From a virus, in IMG/VR virus record IMGVR_UViG_3300045521_000059: DNA of 64,000 bases. One strand, 5' to 3'. Positions within the stretch are counted from its first letter, which is position 1. Each line of letters opens with the position of its first letter. The notes beneath the pieces are model-generated. The model saw only the letters and a list, made by a program, of their open reading frames with translations. It was not told where the DNA came from and searched no databases. This document shows positions 36,042 through 47,196 of the stretch, piece by piece. The translations under genes and the position numbers were made by a program.

Positions 36042-37016
36042 TTGAATAACAATTCCAAGATGGATGAAACAGAAAAAGAAATGACAACAATTGATGAACG
36101 TCTGGCTTTTATAGAAGCAGCGATGGCGATAACACGCCTTGATGAAGCTCGAAGCCATTTATCTACTAAATCGGCGATCTACTCCCCTGGTGCAAGACGC
36201 CGAGAAGCAATGGGTATTGCATCCGTTGACGGGGCCGTTGCCAGAATGGAATCTATGTGCCGCGTAATCAGTGATCCCGAAGCAACGAATATCGAAAGGG
36301 GGTCACGTGTCACTGCTGACGCTTACTCAGCTTTGCAGCTTGTTGAAAATTGGACAAACGACGGACCAACTACATCAGATATAATTGAACTCTTCATGAC
36401 TTCAGACCTCTCAACAGGAAGACTGATGAGACCGGACATAAAGTGGAGCATTGAAGAAGACTCTATGTGGGTCGTTGAACAATTTAATCTCCTTACAGAA
36501 AATCTGGACGCATGGACAGCTATCGAGACAATAAGAATTATATGGACTTCAGGACGCTTCCTTGGAACGTCAAGAAAAATGGCTCTTTTGCTCGCGCCGT
36601 GGATAATGGCGAAAGGCTTTAAATGTAACTGGCCTACATATGGATTTGCTGATGCTGTAAAATCAAATCTCGATAACTTTCGTGATGCATCTCAGTTTAG
36701 TGACCAGTGGGTTGTTGAAGTGGCGGACGTAATGAGAACAGGATTCACAAAAGAACGACAAAAACTCAAAGACGTATATGCAGAACGAACAGCCTTGTTA
36801 GCTCTGTGTCCACCTACAAGAACGTCATCAAGCATTGAGGCGGCTGTCGAATATATATTTGAATTCCCGATATTCACTGCAAAGCTATTTGCAGAACGCC
36901 TCGATATCACACCTCGTGGAGCAAAGATCGTATTAGATAGGCTCCTAGAGACTAATGTCATTGAAGTCGATAATGGCGCAAGAAATAGGAAATTCACATG
37001 TCGCAGACTCCTGTAA
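36042..37016 (+). CDS. Fic-like/DUF1612-type protein with C-terminal HTH
   Basis: Degenerate Fic-like segment GRFLGTSRK; C-terminal FTAKLFAERLDITPRGAKIVLDRL HTH. Confidence 0.55.
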   Translation: MNNNSKMDETEKEMTTIDERLAFIEAAMAITRLDEARSHLSTKSAIYSPGARRREAMGIASVDGAVARMESMCRVISDPEATNIERGSRVTADAYSALQLVENWTNDGPTTSDIIELFMTSDLSTGRLMRPDIKWSIEEDSMWVVEQFNLLTENLDAWTAIETIRIIWTSGRFLGTSRKMALLLAPWIMAKGFKCNWPTYGFADAVKSNLDNFRDASQFSDQWVVEVADVMRTGFTKERQKLKDVYAERTALLALCPPTRTSSSIEAAVEYIFEFPIFTAKLFAERLDITPRGAKIVLDRLLETNVIEVDNGARNRKFTCRRLL

Positions 37017-37279
37017 TTATGGAATTTATGAGACTCACACTAATTGGGCTTAATGAAATAGCCGCGAATATAGATGTCGTAAAAGAAGAAGACTGCATAA
37101 TCGTAAGAGATTGCATAATTGATTTTGAAAAAGGAATTCATTTTTTTAATGCGAACTCACCAGAAAAGCCATTCATGTCGTTTCCTTCAGAAGCAGTTGT
37201 AAGTGCAGCGACATTTATATGTGTTCACATGGCCACCGGAATAATCACTAGAGTTATTGAAGATGCTGAGGTGACTTAA
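36998..37279 (+). CDS. hypothetical protein
   Basis: ORF overlapping the previous gene. Confidence 0.45.
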   Translation: MSQTPVIMEFMRLTLIGLNEIAANIDVVKEEDCIIVRDCIIDFEKGIHFFNANSPEKPFMSFPSEAVVSAATFICVHMATGIITRVIEDAEVT

Positions 37280-37344
37280 CCTTGAACTCCGAACTTTTTC
37301 CATTCAATATTAACTAATTAATCACGAAGAGAACGTTACCACCG

Positions 37345-38301
37345 ATGCTGCCACGGTTTATCAGCCTGTATCTGACAGTTTTGTTTCTTATTGTATCGTC
37401 ATCAATTGCAAGCGCTCAAAGCTGGTATAGTGTTCGCGATTCCTCTATGCGATTAATTGAACAAGGCAAGGCCGATCAAGCCTATTCAGTCGTAACCAGA
37501 ACCCAAGCAACTGGTGAAAACCTATTCGACAAAGAGTTTGTTGCGGGATGGATAGCACTAAGAAACTTAAATAGACCTGATGTTGCGATTACTCATTTTT
37601 CTAAAATGGCCATGGCGACATCATCAGTTAAGGGCAATGAAAAAAATTCAGCCGCGCGAGCGAAGGCAGGCTATTGGCTAGGAAGAGCTCTGAAAAAAAG
37701 TGGCAGAACAGAAGAAGCAAATCGCTTATTTAAAGCGGCGGTGGCATATCCAAACACTTTTTACGGTCAATTATCAGCTTCCGAAATTAAATTTAAAATA
37801 GGATACGATCAAGTGAAGCATTTGGCTTCGTCCTATCCAATCAGGAAGCTCTATTGGTATGATACCCGAGTAAGGAAAGAATTCGTCCACGCCATTATTC
37901 GTGAAGAATCAAGATTCAATCAAAATGCCCTTAGTAACAAGGCTGCCAGAGGGATGATGCAGGTGCTTGATGGAACTGCCAAAGGCGTCGGCAAGAAAGC
38001 TGGCGTCAACATCGACACGAACATGATGAGAAACAACGCCGATTATAACATTGTGGTTGGTTCACGGTATTTGGCTGACCAGATGAATAAATACAATAAT
38101 GCAATGCTGGCCGCCGCCGCTTACAATGCAGGACCTGCTCGCCCGGATGAATGGATCGGGCGGTTCGGTGACCCCCGTGGTGGAATTGTTGACCCTGTCG
38201 ATTGGGCTGAAAGTATTCCTTTCAAAGAAACACGTGAATACGTGCAAAAAGTAATTGGTTCTTATGTTACTTATCTCGCCTTAGAGAGCCAGAATAAGTA
38301 A
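37345..38301 (+). CDS. soluble lytic transglycosylase (Slt-like)
   Basis: Signal peptide; AIIREESRF, GMMQV, AAYNAGP, IPFKETREYV. Confidence 0.92.
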   Translation: MLPRFISLYLTVLFLIVSSSIASAQSWYSVRDSSMRLIEQGKADQAYSVVTRTQATGENLFDKEFVAGWIALRNLNRPDVAITHFSKMAMATSSVKGNEKNSAARAKAGYWLGRALKKSGRTEEANRLFKAAVAYPNTFYGQLSASEIKFKIGYDQVKHLASSYPIRKLYWYDTRVRKEFVHAIIREESRFNQNALSNKAARGMMQVLDGTAKGVGKKAGVNIDTNMMRNNADYNIVVGSRYLADQMNKYNNAMLAAAAYNAGPARPDEWIGRFGDPRGGIVDPVDWAESIPFKETREYVQKVIGSYVTYLALESQNK

Positions 38302-38510
38302 TATCATACAGTTTTTCATCAATCAAAGTTGAAAGTAGACTTGGACTTCATTCAAAAAATTTGCATTCCAATAAATACTTTATGGCGTTGGAAAAAACCT
38401 TTAAAGCTACACCTAAGATGGACGATTAACAATGTGCATATTGTACAAGGTGAAGGAACGTCTTGGAGATCGGGCTTAAAACCCTATCTCGTCAATTTAA
38501 GAATTAGCCC

Positions 38511-39314
38511 TTAAAACCTACGAGGCTTAGCAACCTGCAAGCTCGCCTGTTGAACAACAGGCTCAGGAGCTTTTACCACTGGACTAGAAACAGCGCGCGC
38601 TGGTCGTGAACGCTTCGGGGTGGTTTTGCGTTTAGGAGCTTCTATTGGCTCTGCATATGCAACTTCAATGCCTATATCCGGATAGCGGGTGGTTGTCTCA
38701 TCTCGTTGAGCCGTAATTGTCATCGAAGGTATCTGAGCGGTTGGCTTTGAAGGAGCGACATCAAAAGCGACATTCATAGAGTTGTCCGGTCTCGTGACTG
38801 GAGTAGGGGCGACTGTATTCAGTGCGAGCATGACTGAATCATCAGATTTTGCAGGTGATACCTCTCTTTTTACACGAGAGGCTTTCGACTTAGATTGAGA
38901 ATTCTGATTTTCCTGGATGCTTGCAATAAGAGTTGTAGGCTCAACCCTTTGTTCCAGTCGCTTACTATCCTCAACATTCGGCAAAGGATTTGGATTTGAA
39001 GACCCTTCTAGTTTTGCAACTAGCTGCGTAACAGCCTGACTTGGCTTCGTTGAATTCATTATTTCGGCGACTTTAGTGGAACGAGTAGGAGCGGATGGAT
39101 TACCTGTATTCAATCCACCTGCTACAAGGATGCCTTTGATATCATTCTGTACAGAAACAGATTTGGGAGCCTTATAAGTGCCGTTAAAGGTTTTCACGTG
39201 AGATGATGCGGTGTTCAACTTTTTCGTGACAGGAGAACAACCAGCCACGGCAATCAAAGCGACTGTTGCCAAGCAAGATTGAAAAAATTTAATGTTACGC
39301 ATTGCTAGAACCAT
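38511..39314 (-). CDS. putative lipoprotein, Pro/Ser-rich
   Basis: Lipobox VAGC. Confidence 0.65.
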   Translation of the reverse strand: MVLAMRNIKFFQSCLATVALIAVAGCSPVTKKLNTASSHVKTFNGTYKAPKSVSVQNDIKGILVAGGLNTGNPSAPTRSTKVAEIMNSTKPSQAVTQLVAKLEGSSNPNPLPNVEDSKRLEQRVEPTTLIASIQENQNSQSKSKASRVKREVSPAKSDDSVMLALNTVAPTPVTRPDNSMNVAFDVAPSKPTAQIPSMTITAQRDETTTRYPDIGIEVAYAEPIEAPKRKTTPKRSRPARAVSSPVVKAPEPVVQQASLQVAKPRRF

Positions 39315-39444
39315 ATGGCGTTATTATCAGATATGATATTCACGTTACGAGAGAGGTTCAACCCCAAATAACCTTGACTTGAGCAAGCTTAAGTAGAATG
39401 ATTACATCATCAATGACTTACATCCACTTAAAAGGATCGGCGAC

Positions 39445-39852
39445 ATGAATTTCAAGTTGAAATTAGTAGCATACACCATCGCTGCATCGATGGCATCAAT
39501 GTCTCCGACGCTTTCATTCTCGTCTGAAATAACTCTTCAGTACAAAGATTACCCGATAGATTCAAAAGAGGCTGACAAATATTGGGGGGATGAACTTCCA
39601 GACGTCAAACAGTTTGGAGAGCTTGTTCCTTCGGTGTCGGTAGCTGATGTAAACGTAAACGGAACAGACTTAACCATAACGATGCTATCTAGCATGGGGC
39701 ATTGCGGTGTTAATACGTGTCCAGTCAGAATTTATAAAGATGACAGTTTGCTAATGAACGTAGATGCGTGCAGCAATACAGACTTTCACAAAATAACTGA
39801 AGACGGCAAATTTTTCATTGCTTGCGACACGCTAACACCGATACAAAAATAA
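39445..39852 (+). CDS. exported hypothetical protein (CxxxxC motif)
   Basis: Signal peptide; GHCGVNTCPVRIY. Confidence 0.7.
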   Translation: MNFKLKLVAYTIAASMASMSPTLSFSSEITLQYKDYPIDSKEADKYWGDELPDVKQFGELVPSVSVADVNVNGTDLTITMLSSMGHCGVNTCPVRIYKDDSLLMNVDACSNTDFHKITEDGKFFIACDTLTPIQK

Positions 39853-39861
39853 GGGGGATAA

Positions 39862-41337
39862 ATGTTAAAGTGCAATAATAATTTTGTAATAATAGCATCT
39901 ATATTTACTCTTTTATTAGGTGGTTCCTATCCCAATGAAGGGTTTGCCGCTACTGCAAGCGGCAAAGAAACTGTAACGGAAGTTGGAAACAGTAGCTGTG
40001 GTAATGATGGTGCATTGGAAGCAATTGCTAAAATCGAAAGTGCTGGTTCTGGAGGTTATCAAGCAGTCAACTATGCTGGATTTCTTGGAAAATATCAGAT
40101 TGGCGAAGGAAAATTACAAGATCTAGGCTATGCCGCCAAAGACGGGAATTACAAAGATAATAAATTTCAGTGGACACAAAAAGCTAGAGATAAATTCGGA
40201 ATCTCCAGCAATCAAGACTTTTTAAATAATACTGACGCTCAAGAGAAAATATACGCCGAAATTAATAAATTAAATATTAGCTACCTTGGGAGCGCCAATA
40301 ATGCGGTTGGACAAACAATGGGTGGATGCGGGAAAACTATTGATCAAACATCCTTGCTCGCTGGCGCTCAGCTCGGTGCTGACAAAGTTAGAAAATACAT
40401 CGAAAATGGAAATAGGTGTATTCCTGGCAAAAGCACTGGAACAAACGACGCGAACGGAACATGTGTCGAAAAATTCATGTGCGCCACTGCTGGATGTAAT
40501 CCAGTTGAAAAAGATATGAGCAAGAAAACATGTGATGTCGTAATGCCAATGATTGAAGGCATCACGTGTAGCAATATGCCGTCAAATATGCAAGGATTTT
40601 GCAATACTTACCGACCATATCTGATGACGAGATCAGAATGCGCAAGCGCTGAGGCAATGTCAGAAAAGGCAAACAAAGGCCCCAATAAAGAACAGTGCGA
40701 AAATCAGACTTTTGGCCCTGGAACCGGAAGCTGGTCATACGTGCTAGCCTGTTCATACGGCAGTGATTTTGTTGCGGATCAGGATGGCGTTGAGAATTCA
40801 AATACGGGTCCTATGTCAGACCCGGCTTGTGTTGAAAAACTCAAGGGAATGGGCGTTAATCCCCGTGTTTTGGGTCAATATAATTACAGCTCAGGTGGCC
40901 AAAGTTGCTTAGTGGAAAATGCAGTGTCCGTAAATGGTGCGGCCGTTCCATTTGGTCGTTGGGTAACTATGACCTGTGACATGGCGGTGGCCATGGAAAA
41001 CTGGGGTCAACAGCTAAAAGGATTAGGCGTAACAGGATATACGGATGTACAGTCTCTATCCTGCCGCCAAATGCGGACTGCAAAGGGCGTAAAAAATAAA
41101 ATGTCTGAACACGCCTATGGAAGAGCAGTAGACGTACCAGGATTAATTGTTGGCGGAAGAAGAATTAGTTTCGGTGCAATACATAAGCCAGCGACTGCTG
41201 AAGGTGCAATTGTTACTCAGGCTAAAGCATTTGCTTGTTCGACATTTAGACAGGTCTTGTCTCCTACATATAAAGAATATGCAGGAACATATGTGCATTT
41301 CCACGTAGAATGGGGGCTATATAGAGGATGTTTCTAA
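39862..41337 (+). CDS. exported lysozyme-like plus extensin-like/M15 peptidase fusion
   Basis: N-terminal AIAKIES...GKYQIG; C-terminal CRQMR...SEHAYGRAVDV...HFHVE. Confidence 0.78.
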   Translation: MLKCNNNFVIIASIFTLLLGGSYPNEGFAATASGKETVTEVGNSSCGNDGALEAIAKIESAGSGGYQAVNYAGFLGKYQIGEGKLQDLGYAAKDGNYKDNKFQWTQKARDKFGISSNQDFLNNTDAQEKIYAEINKLNISYLGSANNAVGQTMGGCGKTIDQTSLLAGAQLGADKVRKYIENGNRCIPGKSTGTNDANGTCVEKFMCATAGCNPVEKDMSKKTCDVVMPMIEGITCSNMPSNMQGFCNTYRPYLMTRSECASAEAMSEKANKGPNKEQCENQTFGPGTGSWSYVLACSYGSDFVADQDGVENSNTGPMSDPACVEKLKGMGVNPRVLGQYNYSSGGQSCLVENAVSVNGAAVPFGRWVTMTCDMAVAMENWGQQLKGLGVTGYTDVQSLSCRQMRTAKGVKNKMSEHAYGRAVDVPGLIVGGRRISFGAIHKPATAEGAIVTQAKAFACSTFRQVLSPTYKEYAGTYVHFHVEWGLYRGCF

Positions 41338-41930
41338 AGCGCATCTCAACAATACTATATATAACAACATTTCAATTTTTTATGCAGCCAGTTTTCGCTG
41401 AAGAACTGCAACTGCCTTCGGCAAACCAAGAAGAAGTCAGTTCAAAGGTTGATAGTGACTTAGATGGAATTGCTGACGTTGATGGAGATATCAGTGCAAG
41501 CGATATAGAATTTGACACCCAAACCGATACTTTTCTGAAGTACGGCTATGAAAATCCGACATGGATTAATAATGGTCCGTTGTTAGATAAGGTCTATAAC
41601 GAGCTGGCAGCACCAGATTATAAAGATCGCTACAACAAGCCAAATCCAATGGGTTATGGCATTGAAATAGCTCAAGCATATATAACACGTCGTGGATTTA
41701 ATGATCTTATCATCGCCTCTAGGATGCCAGGAGACTGCAACGAAGACGGATGCCTGTTTCAGATTTACAGTCTCATTGGTCACACTTGGTATAAACAGTT
41801 AGAGTTCCATGCACATGATATTGTTTTCAAGCATGGTGAGGGAGAAAAGACTTCATTTGTTGCAGGTGTCGCAGAGGAAACAGGAGTAAGTAAGGTTTAT
41901 TATTGGAATGGAGAGAATTTCATCAAGTAA
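41328..41930 (+). CDS. exported hypothetical protein (CxxxxC motif)
   Basis: Signal peptide; GDCNEDGCLFQIY; coupled to the previous gene. Confidence 0.7.
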   Translation: MFLKRISTILYITTFQFFMQPVFAEELQLPSANQEEVSSKVDSDLDGIADVDGDISASDIEFDTQTDTFLKYGYENPTWINNGPLLDKVYNELAAPDYKDRYNKPNPMGYGIEIAQAYITRRGFNDLIIASRMPGDCNEDGCLFQIYSLIGHTWYKQLEFHAHDIVFKHGEGEKTSFVAGVAEETGVSKVYYWNGENFIK

Positions 41931-42342
41931 CAAGGATTCATATTATTTATTAAATTAAAGCTCCAACCTTATACGACCATCTACGTGCATTAATATTCAG
42001 GCGCTGCGGACAAAACGTCTTCTTTGATGTTCAGGTCTTCAGCGTTAGTAATCCTTGCAAAATCGATATCGATATCGATGAAGATATCCTACTCTTATGC
42101 AACCTTCCTGTTGTCTTTACCGTTTTCCAATTGATCAGCGTACTGGAAAGACGGTTGCGTTCCCACTTTAAAATGCTACCGTCATTTAAATAGCGACGCC
42201 ATGACGGGAATTAAAACAAATAATGTTCAATTCATAGACGCTCAGCTAATTGAGCTCCTTATAAAAAACACGGGATATGGCAAAACAGAAAGGGCGCTGG
42301 ATTTCTTACATCCAACGCCCTTTTATTCATTATATCAAGATA

Positions 42343-43578
42343 TTATCTCTTTAAAAATGGCGGTGGAGCGAATGGCTTCCGTGCTTTTTGAGCTTCTTCA
42401 GACGGCTTTTCAGATTCCTCTTTTTTAATAGAAGCTTCAGGGGTTTTATTTTCCACTGATTTGTCTTTTTGGATATCCACAGATGGCTGAACCTCTTCAA
42501 GGAAATTCATATTGTCAATGTTATCAATGACAGAAACCGCATCCGATGAAACTTCATTGTCTCCTGAAATTGGGAAAGTTGCGTCATCAGAAACATGTGA
42601 CTCGTCGTCCATCTGATAGTCTTCGTAATCATCAACCATTTCATCATCATCGCCCGAATATTTTTCCAGGTCATCGATGCCGACTTCATCTTCAACGGGT
42701 TCAACCACGGTTTCTTCTGCAGATTCGACAATTTCCGTAGATGAACCTCCAAATATCGACTCAACAAAAATATAATCTTCAGAATTATTGTTGGTTTCCA
42801 CTTCAGCAGGTGGGAGAACAAAACTTATCTCGCTTTCCTGATTTTCTACTGCTGTAATCACATTAACAAAGGCTTTATACACATCACCCTTAAACGTATC
42901 CTGCTCAGGATCACGAGCGATATCCGTCAAAAAGGTACGGAAATAATCCAGATCAACCTGGGCCCCTTCATTCGAAGCAACATTATAAGCGACAGATAAT
43001 GCGTATTTTAGAATGGATCGTACTAATTCAACACGGCTGGCATCAAAATCCACAGTGGATTCAACGATGAGTTCATTGATTTCATCGACTTCCACCTCAA
43101 GATCGGCACCAGATGGCTGATCTGAAACTTCAACAACAACTGGCTGCTCAACGACTTCCAACCTTGTATCTGCCATCGCCGTCTCTGCAGACGCCTCAGC
43201 GTCATCAGATGTCGACTTCGTATCTTCTTCGGTCTCGTCAGTTTTTTCCTTACGCTTGCGACGAGATGGTTTCTCCGCAGTCGGTATCGCTACGGTAGCC
43301 ACATCCTCGCCAGCGATTACCCCAATAGCAACGAGCGTCTGGTTAATTTCTTCGATAGCCCTGCGAGCCTTACCCTTTGACAGGCCTGCAGCTTCCATTT
43401 CGCTTAAGACATTATCAAAAGCAGTGTTCATATCAGAGAGATGCGACTTTGCTTCTTCTAAACGCTGCTTAGCCTCTTCGATGCCAGCGCGAGCCTCTTC
43501 AACGTTTGCTTTTGCCTTGTCAACGGCAAGCGCCGCTTCACTGCCTTTACCAATAATCAAATTGCGTAGATCGGTCAT
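42343..43578 (-). CDS. acidic protein with N-terminal coiled coil and a basic patch
   Basis: Heptad-rich N-terminus, KPSRRKRKEK, long D/E-rich region. Confidence 0.7.
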   Translation of the reverse strand: MTDLRNLIIGKGSEAALAVDKAKANVEEARAGIEEAKQRLEEAKSHLSDMNTAFDNVLSEMEAAGLSKGKARRAIEEINQTLVAIGVIAGEDVATVAIPTAEKPSRRKRKEKTDETEEDTKSTSDDAEASAETAMADTRLEVVEQPVVVEVSDQPSGADLEVEVDEINELIVESTVDFDASRVELVRSILKYALSVAYNVASNEGAQVDLDYFRTFLTDIARDPEQDTFKGDVYKAFVNVITAVENQESEISFVLPPAEVETNNNSEDYIFVESIFGGSSTEIVESAEETVVEPVEDEVGIDDLEKYSGDDDEMVDDYEDYQMDDESHVSDDATFPISGDNEVSSDAVSVIDNIDNMNFLEEVQPSVDIQKDKSVENKTPEASIKKEESEKPSEEAQKARKPFAPPPFLKR

Positions 43579-43620
43579 TTTAATTAATCGCTCCTGATTT
43601 AAAGAAATTACCTAATATTA

Positions 43621-43654
43621 TTTTGGGTGACGTTTTTTAATTCGTCACCCAAAA
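43621..43654. terminator. terminator after gyrA
   Basis: TTTTGGGTGACG/CGTCACCCAAAA. Confidence 0.8.
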
Positions 43655-43664
43655 AATCATTTAT

Positions 43665-46412
43665 TTATTCAACATTTTCTGCAACTTCGCCTTCACCATC
43701 TAAATCTGTAAGTGGCGTCACGATTTCAGCGTCATCAATATCGTCTGCACCAACCTTGGCAACACTTACGATTCGTTGACCATTTGGAAGCTGGAACATT
43801 TTCACACCACGAGCAGTTCGAAGAGTTTTCCTAACGTCCTTAACTCGGGTTCTGATCGCCTGCCCACCATCAGTGATGAGAACCAAGCCATCTTCATCAA
43901 CAACTGGGAAACAAGCAACAAGCGGACCAGTTGCTGCAGAAACTACCGCAGCGGCTATTCCCTTTGCTCCTCGCGCTGTTGTTCGATAACCATATGCCGA
44001 AGAACGTTTACCAAAGCCCTTTTCAGAGATCGTTAGAAGGAACTCTTCGTTGTCACGCATTTCAGCCATGCGCTCGTCCGAAAGTTCAACGGTGTAGCTT
44101 TCTCCAGTGTCGATCACATCAACTGTAGTACGTCCACCAGCCAAATAGGCCTTCCGTTCATCAGCTGAAACTGGAACATGCTTCAGGATTGACGCTGCAA
44201 TCACTTCATTACCGTTAGCAAGAGTAATAGCTTTAACCCCGATACCGTTACGGCTCTTTACCTCACGAACATCATCAACCGGGAAACGGACACACTCCTT
44301 GTCACGAGTTACAACAATAACATCGTCTTCGTTAGAACAGAGAAGAACCTCGACCAAGCGACCTTCAGGATTGCCATGTTCATCTTCAAGTTTGATAGCG
44401 ATCTTTCCGGCCTTGTTAATTCCCCAGAATGCCTTCGCATCATTTCGACGGATCGTTCCAAAATCTGTAACGAACACAAGGCTCTTGTTTTCCAGTGCAA
44501 CCTCTTCTTCTGGCATAGCAATTACGGCAGAGATTGTTTCACCGTCACGAAGAGGAACAAAATTGACCAATGGCCGTCCCTTAGCAGAAGGTGCTCCTTC
44601 AGGCAGCTTGTAAGCCTTCAAAGAATGAGCGATCCCACGACTTGTGAAGAAAACAAGTGGTGTTTTGGTCGTGCAGATAATGGTTGACTGGACGAAATCG
44701 TCGTCCTTGGTTTCCATACCGTTGCGACCTTTACCGCCACGCTTCTGCTCGCGATAAGATGACAATTCAGTTGTCTTTACGTATCCAGACCTGCTGATAG
44801 TGATAACGATGTCGCGACGTTCGATAAGGTCTTCATCATCAATATCTTCGGCATCATGAGGGCTGATTGCCGTAACGCGGTCTGACGAGAACTTTGTACG
44901 CACTTCCTCGAATTCATTGCGAATAACATCATTCATTACAGAAATATCATTGAGAATGAGGATGTAACCGCGAATCTGATTAGAAAATTCACGCACCTTG
45001 GTTGCAACTTCATCGCGTGCAATACCCGTCAATCGAGACAGGCGCATTTCAAGAATAGTGTCAGCCTGAATGACCGATAGCGTAAAAATATCGCCAACAG
45101 GATCATCAGGATCAGCTTCAAGGAGGAGCTGAGCAAAATCTCCAGAAGTTGGAAATTCCATTGCCATCAAACGAGAACGTGCTGTTTCTACATCAGATGA
45201 TGTCTTAATTGTCGTAACAATTTCATCAATTTTCGAAACGGCAGCATACAAACCGAGCTGTTTATGAAGTGCATCACGAGCTTGATTGAGCTCAAACTCA
45301 GTACGACGCCTAACAACAACGCGACGGAATTCTACAAATTCGTTTAGAATATCCATAAGCGGCATTTCAAGAGGCTTGCCACGACTGTTTAGAACAGTCG
45401 CATTATAAGCAAACGATGAAACCAGACTCGTCTTTTTCTTAAGAGTGTTGAGAATAATATTAGGATCAACGTCTCGACGAAGATCAATAACAACCCGTAG
45501 AGGAGAAACGCGGTCGGCCTCATCACGAATTTCGGTGATACCTTCAATTTCTTTCTTATTAGCGAGTTCAGCTACACGTTCCTGGAAAGACTTCGAGCTG
45601 TATCCAAAAGGAAGCTCAGTTACTATAATTTGAGTCTTGCCGTTTTTAAGTTCAACGATTTCAGCCTTCCCAGCAATACGAATTGATCCGCGACCAGTAC
45701 GATATGCTTCACGGATGCCACCGCTACCCTGAATAGTACCAGCAGTTGGGAAATCAGGGCCTGGCAAAACGGTCATAACCTCATCAAGCGTAGCATTTGG
45801 GTTGTCCAGAACCATAAGGCATGCATCGAGCGTCTCACCGAGGTTGTGCGGCGGGATTTTGGTCGCCATTGCAACCGCAATGCCTTCCTGGCCATTCACC
45901 AGAAGGTTAGGGAAGCGGACAGGAAGAACCCTTGGCTCCTGTTGACGGCCATCATAATTTGGTTGCCAATCAACGGTATCCTTGTCGATATCAGCTACAG
46001 CAAAATGGGCCAAACGCGTCATACGAGATTCTGTATAACGCATAGCTGCGGCACCATCACCGTCGCGAGAACCGAAGTTACCTTGACCATCGATCAATGG
46101 GTGACGTTGCGACCAAGGCTGAGCAAGTCGAACCATTGTTTCATAAATTGCAGCATCACCATGCGGGTGATAGTTACCCATGACATCGCCGACAATCTTG
46201 GCAGATTTATTATACGAACGATTGGCGTGATAACCACCCTCATTCATAGCGTGTACGATACGACGATGAACAGGCTTCATACCATCACGAACGTCAGGAA
46301 CTGCACGACTAACAATGACGCTCATCGCGTAGTTCAAATAGGAACTATTCATCATATTCTCGATAGTAACATCGAGGACGCCTGTGCTTTCGGTATTTTG
46401 TTCAATTTCCAT
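43665..46412 (-). CDS. gyrA: DNA gyrase subunit A
   Basis: RAVPDVRDGMKPVHRR, YHPHGD, AAMRY, GyrA-box QKRGGKG, pinwheel repeats. Confidence 0.97.
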   Translation of the reverse strand: MEIEQNTESTGVLDVTIENMMNSSYLNYAMSVIVSRAVPDVRDGMKPVHRRIVHAMNEGGYHANRSYNKSAKIVGDVMGNYHPHGDAAIYETMVRLAQPWSQRHPLIDGQGNFGSRDGDGAAAMRYTESRMTRLAHFAVADIDKDTVDWQPNYDGRQQEPRVLPVRFPNLLVNGQEGIAVAMATKIPPHNLGETLDACLMVLDNPNATLDEVMTVLPGPDFPTAGTIQGSGGIREAYRTGRGSIRIAGKAEIVELKNGKTQIIVTELPFGYSSKSFQERVAELANKKEIEGITEIRDEADRVSPLRVVIDLRRDVDPNIILNTLKKKTSLVSSFAYNATVLNSRGKPLEMPLMDILNEFVEFRRVVVRRRTEFELNQARDALHKQLGLYAAVSKIDEIVTTIKTSSDVETARSRLMAMEFPTSGDFAQLLLEADPDDPVGDIFTLSVIQADTILEMRLSRLTGIARDEVATKVREFSNQIRGYILILNDISVMNDVIRNEFEEVRTKFSSDRVTAISPHDAEDIDDEDLIERRDIVITISRSGYVKTTELSSYREQKRGGKGRNGMETKDDDFVQSTIICTTKTPLVFFTSRGIAHSLKAYKLPEGAPSAKGRPLVNFVPLRDGETISAVIAMPEEEVALENKSLVFVTDFGTIRRNDAKAFWGINKAGKIAIKLEDEHGNPEGRLVEVLLCSNEDDVIVVTRDKECVRFPVDDVREVKSRNGIGVKAITLANGNEVIAASILKHVPVSADERKAYLAGGRTTVDVIDTGESYTVELSDERMAEMRDNEEFLLTISEKGFGKRSSAYGYRTTARGAKGIAAAVVSAATGPLVACFPVVDEDGLVLITDGGQAIRTRVKDVRKTLRTARGVKMFQLPNGQRIVSVAKVGADDIDDAEIVTPLTDLDGEGEVAENVE

Positions 46413-46451
46413 TTTATTTCCTTCTATGCAATATTGTGTTTCGTCGAAATC

Positions 46452-47066
46452 TTAAAATAAAGAAGGCAACAGACCAGATCTTTCTGGTGTCACTAACACA
46501 GGAGCCGAAACCGCAACTGGATCAGCATCCAGATTAGCAGATGATAATACCAATTCAGCTTCTACATCTGACATAAAATCGCTATCAATTTCGGCACGGA
46601 CAGCTGTGTCAACGGATTCATCTGCTACAGAATTAAATTCTGAGAAATCATTCTCATTAATTTCTATATCCTCTTCCCCCACCAGAGAAGCTTCAGTTAA
46701 TGCTGCTTCAACAGCTGCGTCGACAAGAAGATCAACCTGCGCTTCAGACGAGAAAAGTGGATCAATCAATTTATACAGCCTGGTGTTAATTCGAACATTT
46801 TGGTTGAGAGATTTATTCATCACCTTGTCTGCGTAAATAGCGCCGTCAAGAACAGCAGTCTCGTCAGCATAAAAAGTAGTAGCTTGCGCATGGCCATCAA
46901 ACTGTCCTTTAATGTAAATTTCTTCAGCAATTACATGACCATAACATTTGACACCAACAGGAACCAAAAGTTTTTTGCAAACGATTGAGCCGTAAAAATC
47001 TTCTTTCAGATTTATCTGCTTATTGTGATCGCGGATTATTTTTTCAAGAGCCATTAAAATCCCCAT
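46452..47066 (-). CDS. bactofilin-like protein with acidic tail
   Basis: Beta-helix-type repeats (GHVIAEEIYIKGQFDGH...LDGAIYA). Confidence 0.6.
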   Translation of the reverse strand: MGILMALEKIIRDHNKQINLKEDFYGSIVCKKLLVPVGVKCYGHVIAEEIYIKGQFDGHAQATTFYADETAVLDGAIYADKVMNKSLNQNVRINTRLYKLIDPLFSSEAQVDLLVDAAVEAALTEASLVGEEDIEINENDFSEFNSVADESVDTAVRAEIDSDFMSDVEAELVLSSANLDADPVAVSAPVLVTPERSGLLPSLF

Positions 47067-47196
47067 AAAGGTGGCAAAATTCTATATAAATTGTATTTAC
47101 ACCATCTAAGCGTGTCAACATTGTTGAATAGAATAAACAGCGATTATTTAATTTAATAAAACCTTCGCCATTCATAATAAACAGATTTTTATCGCG

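Noticed and set aside
43665-46412. Acquired quinolone-resistance mutation in gyrA (Ala at the Ser83-equivalent position)
   Set aside because: Ala here is natural in many alphaproteobacterial GyrA proteins.
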